Part shown: positions 50,103 to 61,718 of the stretch, piece after piece | Position numbering within the stretch: the stretch's first letter is position 1 | How the letters are laid out: every line of letters starts with the position of its first letter | Assembly: GCA_963693365.1 (NCBI GenBank) | Contig: CAVNZM010000003.1 | Span: 13,359,252 to 13,423,251 of the forward strand | Origin: Amoebidium appalachense | Taxonomy: Eukaryota; Protista; Ichthyosporea | Direction of reading: 5' to 3' | DNA length: 64,000 nt | Made by a program: the position numbers and the translations under genes | Notes under the pieces: generated by a model | The model's database searches: none | What the model was told of the DNA's origin: nothing | Seen by the model: the letters and a program-made list of their open reading frames with translations, nothing else

Positions 50103-51010
50103 CTTATGTCTTCCCGGCATGTGAATAGTTCTTATACTGTAAGTGCAGTTTTACGGGGGAATGTGCTGCCGAAAACAAAATTCGAGCCCTGCAGATCTAG
50201 GACTCTCTTTCTCGATCCAAGCGGGGGCGGGAGGGGTTCCAATTGTTTTATATAAACCTGTTCGTATATAGTATATATATAAGCTCTTGCTACCCCTTGT
50301 GTATAAAATGTAATATTGTTATGGAGTCCAAGGCTCTCTCTCTCTCGCTCAAGGCTCTATCTTATACTAGGTATGTCTTTTCAGTCTCTCCTTCCTGTGA
50401 GATGTGGCACTCGCGCGGGCCGGCGCCGGCGATGTGCAGTCTGTCTCCCCCTGACTCAGGTTCTACCCCCTGAAATCGAACCTTCACTGAACTTGAAAAA
50501 CTCAATGCTTGCATAATATTTAACTAACGGTATCAAAGGTGTGGCAGGTAAAGCAATTTTTTTACATTTCTTTTTATATTATTGTGTAGTGCACCGCAAA
50601 AACGGTGGACCAGGTTTCAAACATGCAGGGCCGGTACGAACCCTAAAACACGTGCAGGTGCATGGGTGGTTCTATGTATGCCAGCAGCATAGGCTCAGTG
50701 CACGTGCTGAGATTTACACTTGTAAAAGATTGAAAATTCCGGAATGTCGGCATAGCAGCAGGTTTGAATCCACCAATAGAACTGGATGGGGCACTTAAGG
50801 CCGAGGGGTGCATTGTCAAATCTGAGACATACAGGCACGAAACCAGCTGTGTAGTACTGTGTGTGTACATATACCATACACCGTTATGCAGGGTGTGTGG
50901 CCTAGGGATACATTGTCAAATATGAGGCATACAGGCATGAAACCAACTGTGCAGTGCAGTGTGTGTGTGTATATACACGTGTGTCTGGTGATATATGATA
51001 TACACAAAAG

Positions 51011-51145
<135 letters not shown>

Positions 51146-51212
51146 GAGGGAGGGAGGGAGAGGGAGGGAGGGAGAGGGAGGGAGGGAGTGTGTGTGCACA
51201 GTCAAGACACCG

Positions 51213-51707
51213 TCAGTAGTCAAAATTTATTAAAGTGCCTCCGGTGCACTCTATGTGTTTATTTAGCACTGCCCAGCGCTGCACCTGCACAAACAACGCT
51301 GGCAAGGTTAAACTTTTGGCAAGCTCCTCCTTAGCCTGTTTGAATGCTGCTCTTCGGGCAGCTTCTGTGATCTTCTCCGCCACCGTTTTTTCGGCCTCGC
51401 CCCCACTTGCCTGTGCGGGCGGGTTGTTGCAAGCCATGTCAAGCCACATGGGTGTGTCCCTGCTAAAGAAGCAGAGGAGTGCATGCAAAAGGGCGGGCAC
51501 GTGCCCCTCGATGGCACATATTGTCGTGGAGAGCAGCCCCCTCATCTCGGCGGGGCAGTGCTCAATGCAGCAGGTTTGGAAGGTGTACAGGGCCACCGGT
51601 TTGCCAAGGCCCAGCAAATCGTATGTGTAGGTGTGTGTCGCCGACACGGGCCCCCCCGGAGGAGGTCTCGTTGCTGCCGTATGCCTGGAGCCAGACCTCG
51701 TAGTCAT
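51213..51707 (-). CDS. Hypothetical intronless protein, 164 aa
   Basis: ATG lies 20 nt after the stop of the upstream gene; normal-complexity sequence with a helical charged segment; no family recognised. Confidence 0.4.
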   Translation of the reverse strand: MTTRSGSRHTAATRPPPGGPVSATHTYTYDLLGLGKPVALYTFQTCCIEHCPAEMRGLLSTTICAIEGHVPALLHALLCFFSRDTPMWLDMACNNPPAQASGGEAEKTVAEKITEAARRAAFKQAKEELAKSLTLPALFVQVQRWAVLNKHIECTGGTLINFDY

Positions 51708-51726
51708 CGAAGCGGGAGGCACTGCG

Positions 51727-51954
51727 CTAGGGAACCAGTAGCAGATTTTCAACGCGCAGGTCTTGGCAGTTGCCGTTGCGGTAAATCACGCGCTCGTCAA
51801 TGGCCAGCCGGCGCACGGGGCAGTCCTGGTGTGCATACTTGTAGCCGTAGTTGTATATCAGCTCGGAGGCACGCACCAGGTCGTTTTGCTGTGGGACCGG
51901 TGTGAGACTCGGTGTAGCATGTGTGTGGCCTGTGTGTCTTTTTTTTTTTTTTTT

Positions 51955-51985
<31 letters not shown>

Positions 51986-52616
51986 GGCACCCATGTGCAC
52001 CATGGTGTTATCTATCAGCAGCACCAGCTCGGGGCCCAGGTTGAGCCTGCGCGCGCAGCCGTGGTCCAGCTGCACAATGCCTGTGGGGTCAAAGTGGACC
52101 AAATGTGCCCTGCCCCGCCAGGTCAGCCGGTCTGGGAGCCTCAAGAGGAGGATAAGGGCAAACCAGTCCATCTCATATACATGACGGGTGGGTGGGGAGC
52201 CCGGCAGCACGGCCTCCACCATCACGCTGGCGGGGGTCTGGCTCTGCCAAATAACACCCGTGTATTTGTTGAGCTCCAACGGAGGGGTGGGGCCGGGATC
52301 ATCGGTCACTGGCAGGAGCTTGTGGGAGTGCAGCATGAGGCTGGGGTAGCACGTCTTGTTTGGATTGGTGGGGTCCTCGTACTCCTACGTGGGTTTTGAG
52401 GGGGGGGGGGGGGGGGGGGGTGAGTGTCGATAGGCCACACCAACAGTTTATACACACCTCGAAACAGGCCATGTAGCCTGCAGCAGGGTGCTTGCTTTTC
52501 TGCCTGCTCAGCCAGCCCTTTTTGGCATTAGCCTCCTGGAAGACAGCCAGCCAGGTCAGGCTCTTAGTGTTGTAGTACGTAGCCTTACGTTTGAATACAT
52601 AGGCGGGTCCGGACAT
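51727..52616 (-). CDS. Predicted 3-exon gene, 251 aa, with a C-terminal degenerate HNH_3-like motif
   Basis: Exons 52616-52458, 52384-51991 and 51929-51727 with GT-AG introns and compatible phases; ERVIYRNGNCQDLRVENL resembles VDHINGNKxDNRxENL. Confidence 0.55.
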
Positions 52617-53700
52617 CTGTGTGATTGGCTGGCGGCTAAAGACCAATTTCCAGAGTGGGGGTAAATGGTTTTGATTGATGTGGGCGCAGGATGTATCTCT
52701 TTAGCGCTCCATAACTAGGAAACAAATGAAGGGAAAACACTCACAGAAAGTGTTTGTCTTCACCTGTGTGTCCTCTTTATATATACCAACAGCATTCCTG
52801 CACTAGCCAATGAAAGCAAACGGTTAGAGTATATACTGATATATAGCCACTTAGCGCTGCAAGCGGCTTAGCCGCACCGCGGCGCCCAGCGCTTGCAGTA
52901 CTTAAGTAGTGTTCAACTAAAGGTACTAACTATGTTCAAAACTTAGTAAATATAATAAATAAATGTTTTATTGAAAAATAGTGTATTAAAGTTAGCTTTC
53001 TATAGGTATTACAGCGCTTTTAACAAGTTCTTGTTTTCCGCCTTCCGCGCCGGATCATCGGGTACAATTCTGGTTTTGCCCCCCTAGGCTAGGTGGCTTG
53101 TCCCTTCACTAAGTTTACTTAGTGAAGCTACGATCTATCCATATGAAAAAATTTACGAAATGTGAGTGAAGTAAAAGATTCTGGAATCGATTGATTGGTT
53201 TTCGCTTGAGTGCAGCAGACGACCGATTTCTTTTGCTTGGCTTGCTAGCCAATCAGACTGGCTCTCAAACTAGTGTTTCGCCGGCTGCCTGACAGCTTCT
53301 GATAGCCGCGTACCTCAGTGACGGCTGTGTCAGTCGGAGTCTCAGTTTGAACGTTGACGTGGATGGACGTATAGCAAGAGATAAAGATAACCCGAACTTG
53401 GCGCAGACGCGTAATAGGCGAGACCTCGAAAGTATACGTGGCTTAGAATATATTTTTGTGTTTAGTTGGCTCTTTTTCTTGCCGCTGTGCAATAATCGCA
53501 AGCATGCAACCGCACGTGTGCGCTGAGCACCCAAGTGCCTTGGGGCCTCTTGCCGGCGTACTCAGGCACGAACCGAGAACTCTTGCAGGTAGCTAAACGC
53601 CGCCGTAAAGCCAGCAATGATCCATACTAGCAGTTAATATTTCAAGCAATCTTGCTCACGTGCATGGCCGAGACCACAAGGATGGGCAAAGGGCAGCTCA

Positions 53701-53862
53701 GGGGTGGGTGGAAAGGAGACTGAGACCGAGGGGGGGAGAAGGGGAGGGTGGAAAGGAGACTCTAACGGAGGGGGAGGGGAGGGGAGGGTGGAAAGGACAC
53801 TCTAACGGAGGGGGGGGGGAGGGGGGGGGGGGGGTGGAAAGGACACTCTAACCGAGGCGGGG
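53701..53862. repeat. G-rich minisatellite, about 4 copies of GGGTGGAAAGGACACTCTAACGGAGGGGG..
   Basis: Direct tandem repeats with variable G-runs. Confidence 0.75.
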
Positions 53863-54046
53863 GATAGTTGCAGTGTTTTTGTTTGTGCATTCACATAGAG
53901 GGGAGGTGGGCGGCACATAGTTTCTCTTGATCTTGCCGAACACAAGTGTCCTGTGTTGGAATACGTCACCATGTATGACAGCAAGAGCCTTGAAGTATGT
54001 ATGTGTCTTAGCTTGTTTGTATTCGTGTCTGCTTTCCTTCTTTGTG

Positions 54047-54150
<104 letters not shown>

Positions 54151-57100
54151 CCCCCCCCCCCCCCCCCCCCGTATCTCTCTCTCCCTTAGCACAGACTTAG
54201 ATCTGTGCACACCTGCCCGCCTGAAAGAACTTTGATTTTTCTGCTCCCCACTGAGAGGAGCAAGCAGCTACACCGTTTTCCTCAAAGGAGGAGGCGAGAA
54301 AGAAATAGAGGATTATAAGTTTTTATAGAGAGAAAAAAAAATGTGAGTTAAAGTGAAGATAATATAAATTATAAGAGTTTAAACTTAGTTTATCAGAAGT
54401 TGGAATGCATATGCTTGCGGAATTGTTATAGAAGTTCTTAGTGTGAAAGAGAAGAAGGGGAGAAAAGAAGTTTTTTGCTTAGTCGTGAACAACTCGATTG
54501 CCCCTCATTATGTGTTAGTCGTGTTTTACATGACACCGTGCACTCTGCTCCCTTAGACCCGTACAAAACAACATCCTGACAGGGGTGTACGTGCAGAGAA
54601 TGGAGGGTGGGAGGGGGGGAAAGGGGTCCAACCCCCCCCTCCCCCCCCCCCCCCCCCCCCTCCCCCTTTCCCCCAACAAACACACTCACTCATTTCACAC
54701 CGTTTTACACCTGTGCCGGCACTACCCAGAGCTAACAGCTTCCACCTGCTGCCATATGTTTCCTGGGGAGCCTCTACACACATGCGCGCACGTGTCCACA
54801 CACATACACACACCCAATGATACCCACTCACTCAAACACAGACACACACGCGCGTGCGTGCGGGCGCGCACATGCGTGCACGGCCATGAATAGCACACAC
54901 CTAATATAGGAGGCACTCACACACATACACACGCACGCCCGCACGCATGCGCGCACACACGCCAACATGCACACACGGACACACGCACACACACAAACAC
55001 ACACACACACACACACGCGCGCGCGCCCCTGCACCCACAGTTCTGCACACACGCACACCGTTGCACACACTCGATCACACACCATCTCACACACACACGC
55101 ACATGCACACACCGTAAACGTTCTCATCCTCTCTTTCAGCTTACCATCCTTGCCCTCTCACCCTGCTCTCCTCACCCCCGCCAGCCCATCTTCCCCACAT
55201 CCCCCCTTTTATTCCACTGGCAAGACGAGTTAAGAGAGGTGAGAAGGGAATACACTTCCTTTCTTGTGCTTGTGAAGTTATTGTGTAAAAAAAGGGGGGA
55301 GGGCACCCCCGAGGGGGGGAAGCAAGGACCGTGTTCGGATTTGGGGATATGGTTGGTAGTACTATAGCCTAGTGGTATGTGCGTGTCGGAAGGGAAGGGG
55401 GAAAAGGGAGGGAGGTGAAGGCCAGTGTTCACCAGAGCCCTCGGAGTTAGGGGGAAGAGGAGGGGGGGGGGGGGGGGGGGGGCTGGAGTCGGTCAGATCG
55501 GTGTTAGGAGAACGACAGCAGAGAACGTGACGAGAAGAAGAAAGGGGTACCAACAGGGGAAAGAAAAAAGGGCACAAAGGTGGGAAGGAAGAGGGGGGGG
55601 GGGGGGGGGGGGGGGCTTGGGGAAAGTGGTGCAGTGTGGGTGGACGTACTGAGTGTGTGGTTGGAGTAGCAAAAAAACGTTCTGTTGTAGGGCTTCAACC
55701 GGGGATGAGGGGGAGCAGGGGGGAGCCTACATGGGGATAGAAAGGGAGGGTGATGGGGGAGAGGGGAACATAGAGGCCCGGGGAGGTGTTCTGTGGAAAG
55801 GGAGTGAGGGGGAGAGAGGGGGGGAGGGGGGGGGGGGGGGGGGGGGGAGGGAGGTAGGGCACGAAGCAGAATTCGAAGCGCTCACGACCATGCCAAGGAA
55901 GGCAAGGGAAACAGGATGTTACTCCACGTTGAATCACGCGAAAGTCCTTTATATTAAAAGCTTTATGAAAAGTTAGGCTTTAACTTGGCTGCTCGAACAA
56001 AGTGTGCTTGCATGTGTGCCCTTGCGGACGTTTGCACACCTCAACCAAAACAGAGGCAGGCCAGCTCGCGCACTATTAGGAGCCGATGCAGGCGCAGAGG
56101 ATAGCACAATAGTATTATGTATATGTATAATATCACTAGAACCATAATGCTATCTCTAACAGTATGTTTGTAACGGAGGTAAGAACGGTCGCTATAGCTA
56201 TCATCGGCAACGTACGTTGACTCTTCCTAAGTTCGAAGTCGGAAGGCCCTCTGACATGCATGCGAAACGAGCTGGCCGATGGGGCGCCTAACACGCGACA
56301 TGATTAGAAGCCAATCGCACTACTCGTCTGGCTCGCCGGGTGCGCTGACACCAAATTATTCAACAAGCGCTATTGGACAATATACCTACGATAGATTTAC
56401 TCTATATTATAAATCTGATCACTTGTCCGGCCCCGCCCATGTATTCAAACGCGAGGTACCTACATTAGGTAAGATCTTCTCAGTTTATGTTATGTTTCAG
56501 TTTGTGTGCTTAGTACATATGTCACACTCCCACTATGAAAAATGTCCCATCGATCTCCAATGCATCTGTACACATGTAATCGTAATAGATCAAGTTCTAA
56601 TCGTGTATTTTATCACTGGTTAGTATGTTGATATGTGTGTACACGTTTCCACCCTCTATGAAAACTACTCCGGGACGTGTGTTGCCTCTAGGGGGACATC
56701 CCCTTGGACGAAAGTGAACCTGCAATGGTTGTAAACCACGGCAAGCCCCCAGTCATCAATTTATTGATCCGTGAGGTCCATGTGCCCAAAAAACGGGGAA
56801 GTCTTCGCCCCGTGAAAAAACAGCACGTATGTGTGGATCAATGGGGGTTGTGTGTGGGTGTAGGTGGGTGGGTGAAAAAGGAATATATAGCTGTAAGGCT
56901 GTGGATGCTAAACACAGAAGATGTGTTTGTAGCTTGCTGATCTGCTAAAAACTGTCGTGCTTATATACCTAAGCCTACCGATCTGAGCCAATCAAAAATC
57001 GATCTAGTGATATGTGAAATCTGATCCGAGCCAATCATAACTCGGTCTAGTGATCTGTGGTATCTGATGTTTTGACTGGCTAATAGGTGCCCGTGTGCGG

Positions 57101-57339
57101 GCAGCCAACCGCTAACTGCTAAAACACGAAATGAAGCCTACATGGTTATGTTGGTACCGAACACCCATCCTACGTGTTTACCCAGAAAAATATTTATGTC
57201 AATAATTTCCACAAATAAAACCTCTATGAAAACTACTCCGGGACGTGTGTTGCCTCTAGGGGGACATCCCCTTGGACGAAAGTGAACCTGCAATGGTTGT
57301 AAACCACGGCACGAGAGCAGTATGCTTGCTCCAAAGGTT

Positions 57340-58400
57340 TCACTTAAGAATAGAGGCGAATACACGTGTGGTGGTGGCAGCAATGGAGGCCGGACGAAGT
57401 CGGGTATAGATCAGGAAGCAGTCGGAGGACCACCTGCCGAGTTGTTTGATCCGGGAGTCGTCGACCCCGGCCTCAGCCAGTGCTGTGGCCCCCCCGATGC
57501 GGAGGCTGTGTCCGGCAAACCGGGAGGGTGAGAGGCCTGCCCGGGAGAGGAGGGCACGGAAATCGGCAGAGAAAGCACTCTTGGTGTAGGGGATGCCACC
57601 GAGACTGAAGAGGGGGTCGTCGGGTTGACCGGACGTTGTATCCAGGAACTGCCGGAGGAGATGGGCTGGGGAGAAGTGGGTGAGGGGCAGGGCAGCTAGG
57701 GTGACGTTGACACCTCGGGCCTGTACATCCGTCGTAGAGGTTGGCAGGTGGAGGGTGGCATGGGACAAAGTACCGGTGGGGGTGTAGCTGAAGGTCACGT
57801 CCTTCCGTTTAACGTGACGGGATGGGTCGAAAGAAGTCAGGGTCTTGGAGGTAAATTCCCCTGAACGGAGGAGACCACAGAAACCGACGATGAGGGCCGT
57901 CCATAGCCGGAGATTGGCCGAGGAGGCCTTGGTGGGGCACTGGCCATGGAGTAGGCGGAGGTGGGAGGGGAGGAGGGGTTCCCTGGTGGATGAGCGGGGT
58001 CGGATGTTGTGAGAAAGCTGCCATCGGCCCACCCCCCGTAGGAACCAGGCCAGAGACTTGTCGTGGGGGTAGGGAGCAGGGAGGCCCATGTCGAGGTGGA
58101 GCCTAGTGATGGCCGAATTGTAGCCGGTTAAGGAAGAGGCCTGTACCCCTCGTTGGGCACACCAGGCGAGAAAAGTTTGCACGGTGTGTGGGGAGGCCGG
58201 GAGGGAGGACCCGGAGGAGGATTGCAGCCGAGATGCCACACAGAAATCGATGAACACTTTTTGCACCCGGGAGTAAAAGGCCCGAGAGTCGAGGTTGAGA
58301 CTGAGGGCCTGGCATTCCTGCAGGGTAGTGGTGGCTCGAAGCAGCTCGGCCGGAGCAAAGTGGGGGGCCAATCTGCCAGTGTTGCTCCGGAACGGGAGAT
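57340..58400 (-). CDS. Tyrosine recombinase, copy 2 (open frame, but SKTD is STTD)
   Basis: R, HSLR, W and Y motifs all in one frame. Confidence 0.92.
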
Positions 58401-58429
58401 CTGGGGGGGGGGGGGGGGGGGGGGGGGGG

Positions 58430-60119
58430 TTAGCCCAAGGGAAGGGATAGGAACTCGTGGACCCAGGAGGGGAAGGGGCAGGGCTCCGGTTGCAGGGAAG
58501 GTCGGAGTCGTCGGGCCCGGGGAAGTTGGTTACGAGAAATGGCATCGGCCAGATGGTTGAGGGGTCCTGGTAGGTAGGATGCCTGTAACGTAAATTGGTA
58601 TTGCATTTCCATGCGGGTGATGAACCGAATAAGTTTGGCCATCACGGGGTGGGGGGAAGACCGGGAGTGCAGGTCAGACACAGCACCCGTGTTGTCGCAT
58701 AAAATACGGACATGGTGGGTGGACCAGGAGGGGGCCCAGAGGGCCACGGCGGCTGCGATGGCCAGGAGTTCGATGACGGAAGAACCGAGTTTACCCTCAT
58801 GAGCATAGAGGGCTTGGGTGGAGGGGGACCAGGGCATGAAGAACCATTGGTCGAGCCAGTGGCCTCCTAGACCCACCGATCCGGCAGCATCAGTGGCCAG
58901 GGTGGTGTATGTGGGGGGTGTGATGAGGTGCACCCCATTCCATGATGTGAGGAACTGGTGCCATTCGGCTACTAGTATGTCGGCCCGGGCGGCAGCAGTC
59001 AGTCGTATGTGGTGGTGGCCGGCAAGGTGTGGGTGGGTCCGGAGAAGGGCCCATAGGCGCTGGGAGAAGGCCCTCCCGGGGGGAACCAGCTGGGCACACC
59101 AGGTGAGTTTGCCGAGGAGGGACTGGAGGTCCCGAATGGTGATGGTGGGCTTTGGGTGGGAAGTGAGGTCGAGTAGGTCCGAGAGCTTGGAAGCCGGGAT
59201 TCGTGCCTCCATGGCGATGGAGTCGAATTCGATACCGATGAAGACGACACGGGTAGCCGGGCCCTGCATCTTGTCTTCGGAGATGGCAATGTGCAGCTCT
59301 CGGCAGAGTTGCAGGAAGGTGGATAGGTGACGTTGGCACTGCTCTTGTGTGGGGGCGACTATAATCCAGTCGTCTACGTAGTGGCGGATGAGGGTAATAC
59401 CGTGCTGGTGTGCCAGCCACTGTAGGGTGGCCGCGATCCGTTCCCAGATGGCTGGGCTAGATTTCAGGCCGAAGGGCAGTCTGGTTTCAACGTAAAAATG
59501 CCCTTGCCATTTGAATGCCATTAAGTGGTGGTCTTCCGGTCGGATGGGCATGTGCCGGAAGGCAGCCTGCACATCTGCCACGGCCATGTAGCAGCCGGGG
59601 CCTGCGTCGAGAATGAGTTGGGTGACATCCCGGGCGCGAATGTACTGAAGTTCGTCGGGGTAGGTGATGCTGTCATTGACACTGCTACCCCGGGGCCAGG
59701 AGAGGTGGTGGATTCGACGGTACTTGGGGGGGTTCCCTTTCTTGGTAACGGCGCCAATGGGGGAGGAGCGGTGGACCGGAAATTCGTCAAAGAATTGGGC
59801 CGGGGAGAGGGGGCCGCGCAGGTGGCCGAGGGCGACTTCTTTGGCAATATCCACCGTGATAGCGGCAGCTGCCTCCGGGGTGGTGGGTAGGTTGGGGCCC
59901 ACCCGAGAGGTGGAGGGGCCGCGATAGCCGATGTCGACGCCGAATTCGACATCGTGGAGGAGTTGTGTGGCGAATGGTTGGTCCGGGTAGGAGGCCAGCA
60001 GTTCCCGGAGGCGGGAGGTGTCAATGTGGTGCTGGGGCAGCGGGCGGGCCTCCGGGTCTGAGCCTCGGGGGAAGGGGGTGGTTAGCAAGGGTGGTGTACC
60101 CTTGGGGAGATCCCCGCAG

Positions 60120-60155
<36 letters not shown>

Positions 60156-60250
60156 CAGGGCCCCGGGGGGTTAGAGTAGGGCAGCTGGGCCCAAGTGAGG
60201 GTGGGCAGGGAGGGCAGCGGGGCCCTGTGCAGGGGAATGTGCCCGAGCAC
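58430..60250 (-). CDS. Ngaro RT-RNase H, copy 2
   Basis: YVDD and RNase H motifs; 2-aa insertion relative to copy 1. Confidence 0.92.
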
Positions 60251-60548
60251 GCGGGGGTGTGGGCGGACACAGAGGTAGAAGAAGGGGGGGGGGAGGGAGT
60301 GCTAGGTGAGTGTAAGGGGGGGGGGGGAGGCTCGTGGGATGGGGGGGGAGTAAAATTATGTGCAGTGGCCAGAATAAACGTCTTTGTGTAGGGACATTTA
60401 TTCTTGACGCGCGCGGGCGCCGTAGTTGGCCTGCGAAATTTTGTACTCAGCCCTATTGGCCCGTTCTCCCGAGCTCCGTTTCCCTGTACTCGTGTGTCCT
60501 AGCTCCTAACCCCTATGTTCTAGCGGTGTGTGTGGGTGTGCGCGAAGA

Positions 60549-61718
60549 CTAGGCATTGTGCTTGCAGTCTTTGCGGGGGTGTGTGCCAGAGCAGAGCGGG
60601 CACACGTGGGAGAAGGGGCAGGGCTGCTTAGCGCAGGACCGACCGTTAATGTGGAAATTCCTGCAGTGCGTCGCGGGTAGATCCACGGGTCGGGCCGGTT
60701 TTGCCGGGCCGGGTTGCGGGCCAGGGCGGTTAGGGGTTTGACCCCCGCCGGGCTTGTGGGGCGGCTTAAAGCCGTCAAGACCACAGCCGGGCTTGGGGTA
60801 CATGGGGCAGGCTGCGCTGGGGTGGTCGGGGAAGCCACAGCGCTGACATGCGTCCGGGATGAGCAGAGTGGGTGGCAGGAGGAGATCCTGGTGGAGTTGG
60901 GCGAGCAGGTTGGGACACTCGATCGGAGCCCGACCCTGCTGGTGGGCAACGGTGCGGGCGTATACGTCATAGTTGTGGATCTGGGCCCACGGGTATCGGG
61001 TGCTGAGGCGAGTGATGTGCTGAGTCCAAAGTACGTCTTTGTCCGTGGGGAGGCCGAGGTGTTGCTTGGCGGCCATGTAATGGGTCCAAGCTTGGATCCA
61101 AATGACGAGTGAACGCAGGGGAACGGGTTTGTCTTGGCGAAAAGTCTCGATGCTGCCGTCGTCGGCCATGCGCAGATGCTGACCTTTCTTGGATGGGGCC
61201 AGGAGGGCGGCGGGGGTGAACTTATACAGGTCGACGAAACGATTGGCGCGCAAATCTGCCAGCACATCCGCGGGGGGAAGCGGGAGTGTGCCCGGCTGAA
61301 TGTCGCCAGTGTTCTCACCTGTGATGGGGGGCGCGGGCAGGGCAGGTAGGTCTAGGTCAGGGCCGAGATGCAGCCCCGGGGAAACCTCCCCGGGTATGGA
61401 AGGCGCGGCGGGGGGCGCGGGAGGGTCGCGGTTGGTGAGAGCAGCCAGGACGCCAGCCATCTGGGTGCTGATGGCGGTGAGGGCGGCCAGGACGGCGTCT
61501 TGAGAAGTCATCTGCGGGGACGGCGGGGCCTGAGGGGGGACTTCAGGAGTGGAGGGGAGAGTAGCCGGCGGGTCCGGGTCCGTGGTGGTATGGGCCGCTG
61601 GAGGCGCGTCAGTGTCCGCGGGAGCGTTGGTCAGCCTGTGGCGGAGGTCGCTGCGGGTCAGGCGCTTAGGTGCCGCGGCAGGGGCGGCGGCTGAGGCCTG
61701 GCGCTTTTTCGGCGGCAT
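60549..61718 (-). CDS. Ngaro gag-like ORF1, copy 2
   Basis: Near-identical to 48486-49655. Confidence 0.88.
   Translation of the reverse strand: MPPKKRQASAAAPAAAPKRLTRSDLRHRLTNAPADTDAPPAAHTTTDPDPPATLPSTPEVPPQAPPSPQMTSQDAVLAALTAISTQMAGVLAALTNRDPPAPPAAPSIPGEVSPGLHLGPDLDLPALPAPPITGENTGDIQPGTLPLPPADVLADLRANRFVDLYKFTPAALLAPSKKGQHLRMADDGSIETFRQDKPVPLRSLVIWIQAWTHYMAAKQHLGLPTDKDVLWTQHITRLSTRYPWAQIHNYDVYARTVAHQQGRAPIECPNLLAQLHQDLLLPPTLLIPDACQRCGFPDHPSAACPMYPKPGCGLDGFKPPHKPGGGQTPNRPGPQPGPAKPARPVDLPATHCRNFHINGRSCAKQPCPFSHVCPLCSGTHPRKDCKHNA

Larger units (their letters stand above)
41820..50130 (+). pseudogene. Old degenerate family-1-like LINE RT fragment split into pieces (about 41820-42003, 44431-44616, 50045-50130) by three later insertions
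   Basis: The pieces align in order to about 42770-43150 of the young copy. Confidence 0.8.
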
